This document shows positions 10,055-19,004 of a stretch of 55,627 nucleotides of DNA, in pieces. The notes under the pieces were generated by a model, which was not told the origin of the DNA, ran no database searches, and saw only the letters and a list, made by a program, of their open reading frames with translations. A program made the position numbers and the translations under genes. The stretch comes from an uncultured Bacillales bacterium. GTDB lineage: Bacteria > Bacillota_I > Bacilli_A > RFN20 > CAG-449. Each line of letters starts with the position of its first letter. The first letter of the stretch is position 1. Where the stretch lies: positions 1-55,627 of the forward strand of contig CAMEOO010000004.1 of the NCBI GenBank assembly GCA_945929875.1. Reading direction: 5' to 3'.

Positions 10055-11371
10055 ATGGCATTTGAATCATTAAGTGGTCGATTTCAAGGAATATTAAAAA
10101 AATTAAAAGGCCAATCTAAATTAACAGAAGCTAATATGGATGAGATGCTTAAAGAAATAAGGGTAGCTCTTCTTGAAGCAGATGTCAATTTTAAAGTTGT
10201 TAAAGAGTTTATTAATACCGTAAAAGAAAAAGCATTGGGGCAAGAAGTATTTACTAAGGTAAGTCCAGGACAAATGGTAGTTAAAATCGTTCATGATGAA
10301 CTTGTGGAACTTCTCGGTGCGGACCAATGTGAAATAAACACTAAAAATAAACCTACTATTATTATGATGTGTGGTTTACAAGGCTCTGGTAAAACGACTA
10401 CTTCTGGTAAATTAGCTTTGTTATTTAAAAAGAAAATGAATAAGAAAGTTTTATTAGTTGCAGGGGATGTTTATCGTCCAGCGGCTATCGATCAACTAGT
10501 TACCGTAGGAAAGCAAGTAGACGTGGAAGTACTGAATTTAGGTGATAAACTCTCTCCTGTTGAAATCTCTATAAAAGGTGTAGAAAAAGCTAAGCAAGAA
10601 AACTTTGACGTAGTTATTATTGATACTGCTGGGCGTTTACAAATCGATGAAACATTAATGCAAGAGCTCGTCGATATTGAAAATGCTGTTCACCCACACG
10701 AAGAATTACTACTTGTCGATGCGATGAGTGGACAAGACGTTGTTAACGTGGCTAACGCTTTCAACACTAAGCTTCATCTTACTGGTGTCATCATGTCTAA
10801 ACTTGATGGCGACGCTAGAGGCGGAGCAAGTTTATCCATCAAACATCTAACTGGACTTCCAATTAAATATGCTGGTGTAGGTGAAAAATTATCAGACTTA
10901 GAAGTATTCCATCCAGATAGGATGGCTGATCGAATTCTTGGAATGGGAGACATCGTTTCTCTTGTTGAAAAAGTCCAAGAAGAAATCGATGAAAAAGAAG
11001 CGAAAAAAGCCGCGAATAAGATGTTTAAAGGAACCTTTGATCTTAACGATATGCTAAGTCAATTAGAGCAAATCAATAAGATTAGCATGAGTAGCATCTT
11101 AAAATTGATCCCTGGAATGCCAAAAGTTAGCGAAGAAGATCAACAAAAAGTAAAAGATCAATTAAAAGTGACTAAAGCGATTATCTCTTCGATGACTCCT
11201 GAAGAAAGAGCACGTCCAGATATAATCAAAAATTCTCGTAAATTAAGAATTGCTGCCGGTTCAGGAAAAACTTCTCAAGATGTCAATCGCGTATTAAAAC
11301 AATATGATCAAATGAAAGAAGCGATGAAACAAATGAAAAGTAAATTTGGCGGAAGAATGCCAAAGTTTTAG
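10055..11371 (+). CDS. ffh: Signal recognition particle protein Ffh
   Basis: GLQGSGKTT, DTAGRLQ, KLDGDARGG, Met-rich M domain (SMTPEER, RIAAGSG). Confidence 0.98.
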   Translation: MAFESLSGRFQGILKKLKGQSKLTEANMDEMLKEIRVALLEADVNFKVVKEFINTVKEKALGQEVFTKVSPGQMVVKIVHDELVELLGADQCEINTKNKPTIIMMCGLQGSGKTTTSGKLALLFKKKMNKKVLLVAGDVYRPAAIDQLVTVGKQVDVEVLNLGDKLSPVEISIKGVEKAKQENFDVVIIDTAGRLQIDETLMQELVDIENAVHPHEELLLVDAMSGQDVVNVANAFNTKLHLTGVIMSKLDGDARGGASLSIKHLTGLPIKYAGVGEKLSDLEVFHPDRMADRILGMGDIVSLVEKVQEEIDEKEAKKAANKMFKGTFDLNDMLSQLEQINKISMSSILKLIPGMPKVSEEDQQKVKDQLKVTKAIISSMTPEERARPDIIKNSRKLRIAAGSGKTSQDVNRVLKQYDQMKEAMKQMKSKFGGRMPKF

Positions 11372-11376
11372 AAAAC

Positions 11377-11418
11377 AAGCGTTAGTGAACTAGCTTTTCA
11401 ATTTCATTAACGCTTTTT
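11377..11418 (+). terminator. Intrinsic terminator after ffh (possibly bidirectional)
   Basis: AAGCGTTAGTGAA...TTCATTAACGCTT followed by T's. Confidence 0.75.
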
Positions 11419-11554
11419 ATATCTATAAAGTTTTATTATTATTTAAGAAATATACAATTAAGAATTATTTGCTTTTAAAATATCAATCTCTTTTTGCTCA
11501 TAGGCTTTATTGTAGCGGATGTAAAAAAACTTATCTTAATATTTATTTATAATA

Positions 11555-12331
11555 TTATTTTTTCATAAACTTTTTGCCTTTTTCAATAGCTTCTTTTTCC
11601 CATTTTGGAGTAGAGGCAGAATCTAATTCTTCTAGTAGCTTAAGATCTTGTTTTGATAGCTTGACTTGGCTAAATAAATCAGGTCGATATTCTCTTGTAA
11701 GTCTTAGTGACTCTTTTCTTCTATATTTATTTATCGCAGAGTGATTTCCTGAAAATAGAATATCAGGAATTTTGTCATCATTAAATGAATAAGGAAGAGT
11801 ATATTGAGGGTATTCTAATAATTCTTTGTTAAATGATTCTTCTTCTATTGATTCATCATTTATGACTCCAGGAATTAGCCTAATGATTGAATCAGAAATA
11901 GCCATGACTGGAATTTCTCCTCCGGTTAAGATAAAATCGCCGATTGAAATTAATTCATCTGCATACTTATTGATTCTTTCATCGATTCCTTCGTAATGGC
12001 CACATATAAAAATAAGGTGTTCTTCTTTTGATAATTCAAGTGCTTTTTTTTGCGTGAAAGTTTTTCCTCTTGGAGAAGTTAATAAAACTCTTGAATTTTC
12101 TTTTTTAACGCTTTTAAGAGCATCAAAAACTGGTTGACATTTCATAATCAAGCCAGCCCCTCCACCGGTAGGGTAGTCGTCGACTCGATGATTCTTATCT
12201 AAAGTAAAGTCTCTTATATTAACTAATTCAAATTTCACTTTTTCTTTTGCTAAGGCTCTTTTAATAATTGAATTGTCTAAAAAAGAAGAAAACATTTCAG
12301 GGAATAAAGTAAGAATAGTAATTTTCATCAT
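11555..12331 (-). CDS. trmD: tRNA (guanine37-N1)-methyltransferase TrmD
   Basis: ILTLFPEMF, VDDYPTGGGAG, ICGHYEGIDER, SIGDFILTGGE, LEYPQYT. Confidence 0.97.
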   Translation of the reverse strand: MMKITILTLFPEMFSSFLDNSIIKRALAKEKVKFELVNIRDFTLDKNHRVDDYPTGGGAGLIMKCQPVFDALKSVKKENSRVLLTSPRGKTFTQKKALELSKEEHLIFICGHYEGIDERINKYADELISIGDFILTGGEIPVMAISDSIIRLIPGVINDESIEEESFNKELLEYPQYTLPYSFNDDKIPDILFSGNHSAINKYRRKESLRLTREYRPDLFSQVKLSKQDLKLLEELDSASTPKWEKEAIEKGKKFMKK

Positions 12332-12843
12332 TAAATCATTCCTTCTATTAATTCTACATTGATCTTTTTGTTTTCAACATCGACTTTTTTTATGAACGCT
12401 TTGACAAAAGGAAGAAGTAAATCCTTTTGATTGTTTAGCCTAATTCTTAATGTTTCATTCGCGCTGTATTGTTCTATTTTAGTTACTTTTCCAATAGTTT
12501 CTCCAGTTTGGCATATCACTTCACAACCTACTAAATCATCAAAATAATAGCTATCTTTACCTAAAGGAGGTTGCTCTTCTTTAATCACTACGATTTGATA
12601 AGAAATATAAGGAGTAATTAAATTGATATCTGGAAATTCAACAAAGCTAACATAGTCAAAGCCTAAAGATGAATTATAACTTTTGACGTGTACTTCCACT
12701 AAATCGGAGGTTTTTTCATTGTACAAATAAACCTTGTTGTTTTTCTTATATCTAGAACTAGCAAAGTCAGTAGTCGATTTAACTTTTACTTCACCTTTTA
12801 ATCCTCTTGTTTTTAGAATGTAACCTAATGTTAAATATTTCAT
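12331..12843 (-). CDS. rimM: Ribosome maturation factor RimM
   Basis: GYILKTRGLKGEVKV, YYFDDLVGCEV, LLLPFVKAFIKKVD; lies between khpA and trmD. Confidence 0.95.
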   Translation of the reverse strand: MKYLTLGYILKTRGLKGEVKVKSTTDFASSRYKKNNKVYLYNEKTSDLVEVHVKSYNSSLGFDYVSFVEFPDINLITPYISYQIVVIKEEQPPLGKDSYYFDDLVGCEVICQTGETIGKVTKIEQYSANETLRIRLNNQKDLLLPFVKAFIKKVDVENKKINVELIEGMI

Positions 12844-12865
12844 ATTATTTCACCAAAATTATTAT

Positions 12866-12894
12866 AAAAAAAAGATGTGGTTTTTTCCACATCT
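12866..12894 (-). terminator. Intrinsic terminator after khpA
   Basis: Minus strand AGATGTGG-AAAAAA-CCACATCT followed by a T-run. Confidence 0.75.
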
Positions 12895-13177
12895 ATTTAT
12901 CGTTTGATTCAGTTGTTACTTCGCTAAGAGAATCGTTAGAAACAAACTTGAGGTGAATGCGTTCACCATTAGTTTTTCCAGCGATAGAAATAACTTCTCT
13001 TAAAGCTTCCGCGGTAGAACCGTGTTTTCCAATTAATCTTCCAGCATCTTCTGGATCACATACGATTTGGAAAGTGCGATCTTTACTAGATTCATTAGGT
13101 AGTTCATTGATGACAATATGATCTTTATTTAGAACAATTGGATCGATGAATTTATGAATAGATGCAATGTAATCCAT
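12893..13177 (-). CDS. khpA: KH-domain RNA-binding protein (KhpA/YlqC)
   Basis: EDAGRLIGKHGSTAEALR (GxxG KH loop); lies between rpsP and rimM. Confidence 0.9.
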   Translation of the reverse strand: MDYIASIHKFIDPIVLNKDHIVINELPNESSKDRTFQIVCDPEDAGRLIGKHGSTAEALREVISIAGKTNGERIHLKFVSNDSLSEVTTESNDK

Positions 13178-13182
13178 TGATC

Positions 13183-13467
13183 TTATTCTCCTTTTTTAGC
13201 TTTAGATTCTGCGAATGCTTTGATGATTCCTGCATCAGAAAGAATTGATTTAACTGTATCTGATGGGATAGCTCCATTATTTAACCATTCTAAGATTTTG
13301 TCATTGTTTAAGGTTACGCTTGGAGTTTGTCCTTTTGCATTTGGGTTGAAGTAACCAACTTGTTCGATGTATCTTCCATCACGAGCAAAACGTGAATCTG
13401 CGACGACGATACGATATACTGGATCCTTATGGCGACCCATTCTTGTTAATCTAATTTTTACTGCCAT
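13183..13467 (-). CDS. rpsP: 30S ribosomal protein S16
   Basis: [32 protein letters not shown]; start moved to ATG 13467 behind SD AAGGAG. Confidence 0.98.
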   Translation of the reverse strand: MAVKIRLTRMGRHKDPVYRIVVADSRFARDGRYIEQVGYFNPNAKGQTPSVTLNNDKILEWLNNGAIPSDTVKSILSDAGIIKAFAESKAKKGE

Positions 13468-13491
13468 TTTTAAATTCTCCTTTTCAAACAA

Positions 13492-13540
13492 TAGTATATT
13501 ATATGAATAATAAATGCCTGTCAAGTATTTTTACTTAACA
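13492..13540 (-). promoter_or_regulatory. rpsP promoter region with inverted repeat over the -35
   Basis: Minus strand TGTTAAGTA-AAAA-TACTTGACA contains TTGACA, followed by TATAATATACT. The -35/-10 spacing is non-ideal (15 nt to TATAAT). Confidence 0.55.
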
Positions 13541-13568
13541 TTTATTTTTTTATATCTTCATTTTTTTG

Positions 13569-13597
13569 TTGTATTTTGATTGATGATTTGATATTAT
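13569..13597 (+). promoter_or_regulatory. Sigma-A type promoter for rplS
   Basis: TTGTAT-17 nt-TATTAT with extended -10 TG. Confidence 0.55.
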
Positions 13598-13614
13598 TAT
13601 CACGCGTGAAAAAA

Positions 13615-13660
13615 GCGCTTAGCTAATTCCTCTAGTCAAGATTATGAATTAGTGAAAATT
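13615..13660 (+). promoter_or_regulatory. Possible L19-leader-like hairpin in the rplS 5' UTR
   Basis: GCGCTT-A-GCTAATTC...GAATTAGT-GAAAA stem-loop upstream of SD AAGGAG; position matches Firmicute L19 leaders. Confidence 0.4.
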
Positions 13661-13683
13661 GTCATGAAAGGAGCGTGTCTTCA

Positions 13684-14031
13684 ATGAATAATCAATTAGT
13701 TGAAACAATCACTAAATCACAAATTAGAACTGACCTTCCAAAATTTGTAACTGGTGATACAATCAAAGTTAGTGTTAGAATCGTTGAAAATGGCAAACAA
13801 AGAATCCAAGTATTCCAAGGTGTTGTCATCGCACGTCGCGGCTCAGGAGTGGGCGAAACATTTATCGTAAGAAAAATGTCATCTGGTGTAGGTGTTGAAA
13901 GAACATTCCCAGTAAACTCCCCAGTAATTTCTTCTATCGAAGTTGTTAAACATGGTAAAGTTAGAAGAAAGAAAATTTACTTCCTACGTAGTAGATCTGG
14001 TAAATCCGCACGTCTTAAAGAAGTACTTTAA
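13684..14031 (+). CDS. rplS: 50S ribosomal protein L19
   Basis: [43 protein letters not shown]; ATG 13684 chosen from SD spacing. Confidence 0.98.
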   Translation: MNNQLVETITKSQIRTDLPKFVTGDTIKVSVRIVENGKQRIQVFQGVVIARRGSGVGETFIVRKMSSGVGVERTFPVNSPVISSIEVVKHGKVRRKKIYFLRSRSGKSARLKEVL

Positions 14032-14045
14032 TCTAAGACTAATTC

Positions 14046-14082
14046 AAGGTTGTTATGAACTTAAGATTCTAACAACCTTTTT
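14046..14082 (+). terminator. Intrinsic terminator after rplS
   Basis: AAGGTTGTTA...TAACAACCTT followed by T's. Confidence 0.75.
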
Positions 14083-14099
14083 AAATACTTGGAGGTAAT

Positions 14100-14624
14100 A
14101 TGAAAGTATTAGTAACAGCGTTTAAACCATTTAATAATCAGATTAATAATTATTCATTAGAAGTTTTAAATTATTTAGTAAATGTTGATAAATTACTTAT
14201 CGATGTAGTATATGATAACTGCTATAAAGAAATAATTAATAATGTAAATATCGATGAATACGACTTAATAGTAAGTTTAGGAGAAGCTAGAAGTAGAGAA
14301 GAATTAACTCTAGAAGTAGAAGCAAAAAATATCTCTTCATGTAGCTTAAAAGATAACAAAGGCAATTTAAAAAAAGATGAATTAATCTCCCCTTTAGCTA
14401 GTGATTCTTTGAGGACAAAAGTTGATGTAAATAAAGTTAAGGATGAAGTAAAATTATCTTTTGATGCGGGTAAATTTGTGTGTAATAACCTATATTTTCA
14501 CTTGTTAGAAAACCATCCTAGAAAAGCGATTTTCATTCATGTACCAAATTGCCATAATGATGTAAAAATGTATCAAAAATATGCAAAAAAGATTAATTTG
14601 ATCATTGATAAATTACTTTCATAA
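14100..14624 (+). CDS. pcp: Pyroglutamyl-peptidase I (C15)
   Basis: KVLVTAFKPF, LEVEA (catalytic Glu region), DAGKFVCN (catalytic Cys), FIHVP (catalytic His). Confidence 0.9.
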   Translation: MKVLVTAFKPFNNQINNYSLEVLNYLVNVDKLLIDVVYDNCYKEIINNVNIDEYDLIVSLGEARSREELTLEVEAKNISSCSLKDNKGNLKKDELISPLASDSLRTKVDVNKVKDEVKLSFDAGKFVCNNLYFHLLENHPRKAIFIHVPNCHNDVKMYQKYAKKINLIIDKLLS

Positions 14625-14693
14625 TTAGGTGTTCTTTCATTGTTTACTAGCGCTAAAAATGGTATAATAAAAGGTGTTAGGGAGAGAGTTATT

Positions 14694-15269
14694 TTGAAAA
14701 AAATTTTCACTATTATTCTATTAGTAACTAGCTTTATTTGTTGTTCACTACTTATCTTTCTCAACGTTTGCTTTGAGAAAGTTTTAGTAAATGGTGAATC
14801 GATGTATCCGACTTTAAAAGATCAAGAATTAGGATTATATCTAAAGAAAAATTTTATTGTTGGAGGGATTAAGAGAAACGATATTGTGATTTTTGAACAT
14901 GAAAATAATAGTTATGAAGATAAATTGTTTATTAAAAGAGTAATTGGACTTCCTAATGAAAAAGTAGAGATAAAAGAGAATGGTTCAATTTATATCAATG
15001 AAGAAAAAATAAAACAAGATTATTTAGATTTAGAACAAAATACAAATACGTATCAAATCATTAATAGCGAAAGAATGGAATTGATTTTAAAGGAAGATGA
15101 GTATTTTGTTTTAGGCGACAATCGTGGTAATAGTTACGACTCAAGATTTTTTGGGCCAATAAAAAAAGATGTAATTTTAGGTAAACTATGCTTAATCTAT
15201 GGCCATCAAGAGGAAAAACAAAATAGTGGAAAAATAACAAAATACTTTTTCCCAATCAAATTATTTTAG
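14694..15269 (+). CDS. lepB: Signal peptidase I
   Basis: N-terminal TM, GESMYPTL (Ser), FIKRVIGLP (Lys), VLGDNRGNSYDSR; TTG 14694 start inferred from SD GGAG. Confidence 0.95.
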   Translation: MKKIFTIILLVTSFICCSLLIFLNVCFEKVLVNGESMYPTLKDQELGLYLKKNFIVGGIKRNDIVIFEHENNSYEDKLFIKRVIGLPNEKVEIKENGSIYINEEKIKQDYLDLEQNTNTYQIINSERMELILKEDEYFVLGDNRGNSYDSRFFGPIKKDVILGKLCLIYGHQEEKQNSGKITKYFFPIKLF

Positions 15270-15277
15270 AGGTAAGT

Positions 15278-15877
15278 ATGAAGATTTTAATAGCGACAAA
15301 CAACAAACATAAAATTGATGAATATAAAAAAATCTTTTCTTCTTTTAATATCGATGTTTGCTCTTTAAAAGAAGAGAATATTATTTGTGATCCAGTGGAA
15401 AATGGAAAAACTTTTGAAGAGAATTCCTTAATTAAAGCCAAAGAATGTGCAAAATATTACTATGGAATTATTCTTAGTGATGATTCTGGCTTAATTGTTG
15501 ATGCTCTTCCTGATATTCTTGGAGTGCATACTTCTAGATTTATGGGCGAAAATACACCTTATGAGAAAAAATGGGAAGAAGTAATTAAGCGTTTAGAAGG
15601 AAAAGAAAGAAGTGCTAGATTTGTTTGCTGTATCACTATTCTAAATCTTGAAAAAAATCCTTTGTTTTTTAAAGGAGTAGTGGAAGGGCATATTAGCTAT
15701 AAACCTGAAGGAGAAAATGGATTTGGTTACGATCCAATTTTTATTCCAGATGGATATGAATGCAGTTTTGCTACGATGAGTGAAGATCAAAAAAATGAAA
15801 TCTCCCATCGAGGAAGAGCGACAAAGAAAATGATTGAGTATTTGAAGGAGAAGTTTAATGAGAATTTTACTAACTAA
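15278..15877 (+). CDS. rdgB: Non-canonical purine NTP pyrophosphatase (RdgB/HAM1)
   Basis: ATNNKHK, ENGKTFEENSLIKA, DDSGL, GFGYDPIF, SHRGRA. Confidence 0.96.
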   Translation: MKILIATNNKHKIDEYKKIFSSFNIDVCSLKEENIICDPVENGKTFEENSLIKAKECAKYYYGIILSDDSGLIVDALPDILGVHTSRFMGENTPYEKKWEEVIKRLEGKERSARFVCCITILNLEKNPLFFKGVVEGHISYKPEGENGFGYDPIFIPDGYECSFATMSEDQKNEISHRGRATKKMIEYLKEKFNENFTN

Positions 15878-16574
15878 CGACGATGGATATTTTTCTAAAG
15901 GAATATTGCTTTTAAAGAAAGAACTAGAAAGATATGGAAAAGTGATTATTGCCGCACCAAATAATGTTCAATCTGGTAAATCTTGTTCTATTACAATTAC
16001 TAAACCTCTTGGAATTTTTGAAGTAGAAAAAGATGTTTATGCAGTTTCTGGCACCCCTGTAGATTGCGTAATCTTTGGATTATCTGAACTTGGTAAATTT
16101 GATTTAGTTGTTTCTGGGTGCAACAATTCCCCAAACCTAGGCGTGGATACTATTTATTCAGGAACTCTTGGAGCTTGTAGGCAGGCGTTAATTGCTGGCG
16201 TTCCTACTATCAGTTTTTCTTGCCATAACGAAAATTATTTTTCACACATAGGTAAATATACAAAGCAAGTGATGGATTTTATTATTAAAAATAAACTTTT
16301 AAGTGAAGATTATTTTATTAATGTAAATTTTCCAAGAGGAAATGTTGAATATCAAGGAATGAAAATCACTAAGTTATTTTTCCAAAAGGTGAAATATTCA
16401 ACTAGAGATTTTATCGATGATTTATTTGTTTCAGGCCGAGATATGGGTGAAGAAGTTTTAGATGATACTTATGATGTAGGAGCGTTCAATTCAGGCTATA
16501 TTTCTTTAACACCAATATATAAATCATCCTTTAATGAAACGATCTATGAAAAAATATTAAAGAAAATTAAATAA
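15858..16574 (+). CDS. surE: 5'/3'-nucleotidase SurE
   Basis: ILLTNDDG, SGTPVDCV, DLVVSGCN, YSGTLGA, ISLTP. Confidence 0.95.
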   Translation: MRILLTNDDGYFSKGILLLKKELERYGKVIIAAPNNVQSGKSCSITITKPLGIFEVEKDVYAVSGTPVDCVIFGLSELGKFDLVVSGCNNSPNLGVDTIYSGTLGACRQALIAGVPTISFSCHNENYFSHIGKYTKQVMDFIIKNKLLSEDYFINVNFPRGNVEYQGMKITKLFFQKVKYSTRDFIDDLFVSGRDMGEEVLDDTYDVGAFNSGYISLTPIYKSSFNETIYEKILKKIK

Positions 16575-16603
16575 ACTATTTTAATGTTAAGGAGGTGGGC
16601 ATT

Positions 16604-17461
16604 ATGCAACAAAAGGGTATACATTGGTTTCCAGGCCACATGCAAAAAGCTATTAGGCAGATCGAAGAAAGAATAAAACTAATTGATGTCGTCGTTGAAG
16701 TTGTCGATAGTAGATGCCCTCTTTCTAGTAAAAACCAATACTTAGAAAAAATTACGCAAAACAAAAAAAGGGTAATCGTTTTTTCAAAGAAAGACTTAAC
16801 TTCTTTAGAAGAAATTAAGCCTTTTGAAGAATATTATTTAAAGAATGGATATTATCCTCTCGTCTGCGATTTAAATAATCAAAATGATATTAGTAAGATA
16901 AAAAAAGCGATTGCTATTCAAGGGAAAGATATTACCGATAAATATATAAGAAGAGGGATGAAACCTCAACCTTTAAGAGCGATGATTATCGGTATACCTA
17001 ATGTAGGGAAATCCACATTGATTAATCGCTTATCAAAATCTTCTTCAATGTCAGTAGCTAATACACCAGGACACACTAGAAGTCAACAATGGATCAAAGT
17101 TGATAAGACTTTAGAGTTACTTGATACTCCAGGTATTCTACCTCCTTCATATGAAGATAAGATCACCGCGATTCATTTAGCTTTAATTGGCGCAATGAAA
17201 ATTGAAAATATTTCAGAAAGTGAATTATCTGATTATTTGTTCTCTTTATTAAAAAAAAAATATTCTTCTTTCTTAATTGAAAGATATTCATTAAATGAAG
17301 ATAGTTTAGTCTCTAAAGAGGCTCTATTTGAAGGTATCGCTAAAAGAAGAGGGCTACTATTACCTCAAAATGAGTTGGATACTTCTAAAGCTGAACTCTT
17401 ATTTTTAAAAGAATTTAAGGAAGGGCTAATTGTCAAATTAGTTTTAGATACATTATGTTAG
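16604..17461 (+). CDS. rbgA: Ribosome biogenesis GTPase RbgA/YlqF
   Basis: IHWFPGHMQKA, GIPNVGKSTLIN, LLDTPGIL; ATG 16604 behind AAGGAGG. Confidence 0.96.
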   Translation: MQQKGIHWFPGHMQKAIRQIEERIKLIDVVVEVVDSRCPLSSKNQYLEKITQNKKRVIVFSKKDLTSLEEIKPFEEYYLKNGYYPLVCDLNNQNDISKIKKAIAIQGKDITDKYIRRGMKPQPLRAMIIGIPNVGKSTLINRLSKSSSMSVANTPGHTRSQQWIKVDKTLELLDTPGILPPSYEDKITAIHLALIGAMKIENISESELSDYLFSLLKKKYSSFLIERYSLNEDSLVSKEALFEGIAKRRGLLLPQNELDTSKAELLFLKEFKEGLIVKLVLDTLC

Positions 17462-18078
17462 ATTATGAAAAACATATATATGAACAAGGATATTCTTTAG
17501 TCGTGGGTTGCGATGAAGCTGGAAGAGGACCTTTATGTGGCCCAGTTGTCTGCGCGTGTTGCATCCTTCCAGTAGGCTATCAAAATGAGATGATTAACGA
17601 CTCAAAAAAGTTAACTGAAAAGAAAAGGGAAATTCTTTTTGAAGAGATTAAGAAAGTGGCTCTATTTTATAAAATTATTGCAATTGAACCAGAAGAAATC
17701 GATCGAATCAACATTTACGAAGCTTCTAGAAAAGGAATGACGGAAGCTATACTACAATGCGGGGTTAAACCAGATTACATCTTGACTGATTGCATGCCTT
17801 TATTCGGCTTTGATGGTATCCCTCAAGAAAATTTAGTTAAAGGGGACGCTAAAGCTCAATGCATCGCTGCAGCAAGTATTCTGGCTAAAGTTACTAGAGA
17901 TCACATCATGGAAGAAATCGATTTGAAATATCCTCAATACGATATTAAAAAACATAAAGGCTATCCGACTAAAGAGCATTTAGAACTCTTAAAAAAATAT
18001 GGTCCAATTAAAGGGTTGTATCGCTATTCTTATAAGCCGGTAAGAGAAACTCAACAAGAACAAATAAAATTATTTTAG
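17455..18078 (+). CDS. rnhB: Ribonuclease HII
   Basis: GCDEAGRGPLCGPV, INDSKKL, VKGDAK, AASILAKVTRD, HKGYPT. Confidence 0.97.
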   Translation: MLDYEKHIYEQGYSLVVGCDEAGRGPLCGPVVCACCILPVGYQNEMINDSKKLTEKKREILFEEIKKVALFYKIIAIEPEEIDRINIYEASRKGMTEAILQCGVKPDYILTDCMPLFGFDGIPQENLVKGDAKAQCIAAASILAKVTRDHIMEEIDLKYPQYDIKKHKGYPTKEHLELLKKYGPIKGLYRYSYKPVRETQQEQIKLF

Positions 18079-18126
18079 ATTTTTTAAAATAACCTTCTAA
18101 TTAATTTATATTAGGAGGCTATTTTT

Positions 18127-18879
18127 ATGTTAATTAGAAACATCATAATTTATTTATCGATTAAATATTGTGGAGATTGGGATAAAATCTATGAAGCAAT
18201 TTCAAAAAAAGAGTATTGTAATAACGAAGAAGTAGAAAGAGTATTATCATCATTAACCTATAAAGCTGTAACGATTTTGGATGATAATTATCCATCTACT
18301 TTGAAAAACATTTATAAACCACCATTTACTATTTTCTATTTGGGAGATCTTTCATTATTAGAATCTAATATTATTTCTGTTGTCGGATCTAGGGATCCTT
18401 CTATATATGCGATTAAATCTACAAGAAAGATCATTTCCGAATTAAAGGAAAAGAACGTGGTTATCTGCTCTGGCTTAGCTCGAGGCATCGATAAAATCGC
18501 TCATGAAGAAGCGTTAAAAAATAATCTTAAAACAATTGCGGTTTTACCTACTGGCATCTTATTTTGCTATCCTAAGGAGAATTATTCTTTATATGAAGAA
18601 ATAGCTAAAAAAGGATTGATTATTTCTGAATATCCTTCATATGATAGGGTGAAAAAAGAAAAGTTTGGAATGAGAAATCGAATTATAGCAGGGTTAGCGG
18701 ATAAACTACTTGTAATGTCTGCAAGAGAAAAAAGTGGCACATTGATCAGCGTTAAATTTGCTTTAGAGTTTGGTAAAGATATTTATTGCTTACCATATCA
18801 TATAGAAGAAAGCTCTGTTTGTAATAAATTAATTAAAGATGGAGCATACTTACTTAGTAGCGGAAACGATATTTTTTAA
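18127..18879 (+). CDS. dprA: DNA-processing protein DprA/Smf
   Basis: VVGSR, SGLARGIDKIAH, IISEYP, RNRIIAGL, SGTLIS; upstream of topA. Confidence 0.94.
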   Translation: MLIRNIIIYLSIKYCGDWDKIYEAISKKEYCNNEEVERVLSSLTYKAVTILDDNYPSTLKNIYKPPFTIFYLGDLSLLESNIISVVGSRDPSIYAIKSTRKIISELKEKNVVICSGLARGIDKIAHEEALKNNLKTIAVLPTGILFCYPKENYSLYEEIAKKGLIISEYPSYDRVKKEKFGMRNRIIAGLADKLLVMSAREKSGTLISVKFALEFGKDIYCLPYHIEESSVCNKLIKDGAYLLSSGNDIF

Positions 18880-19004
18880 AAAAATAAAAAAACTTATTAT
18901 TATCATTAATAATAAAGGAAAAAGACCAAAAAAAGAGATAAAAAATTGTTTGACTTTACTAAAAAAAATCACCATAATTGTTTCTAGACTAAGGAGGAAG
19001 ATAT

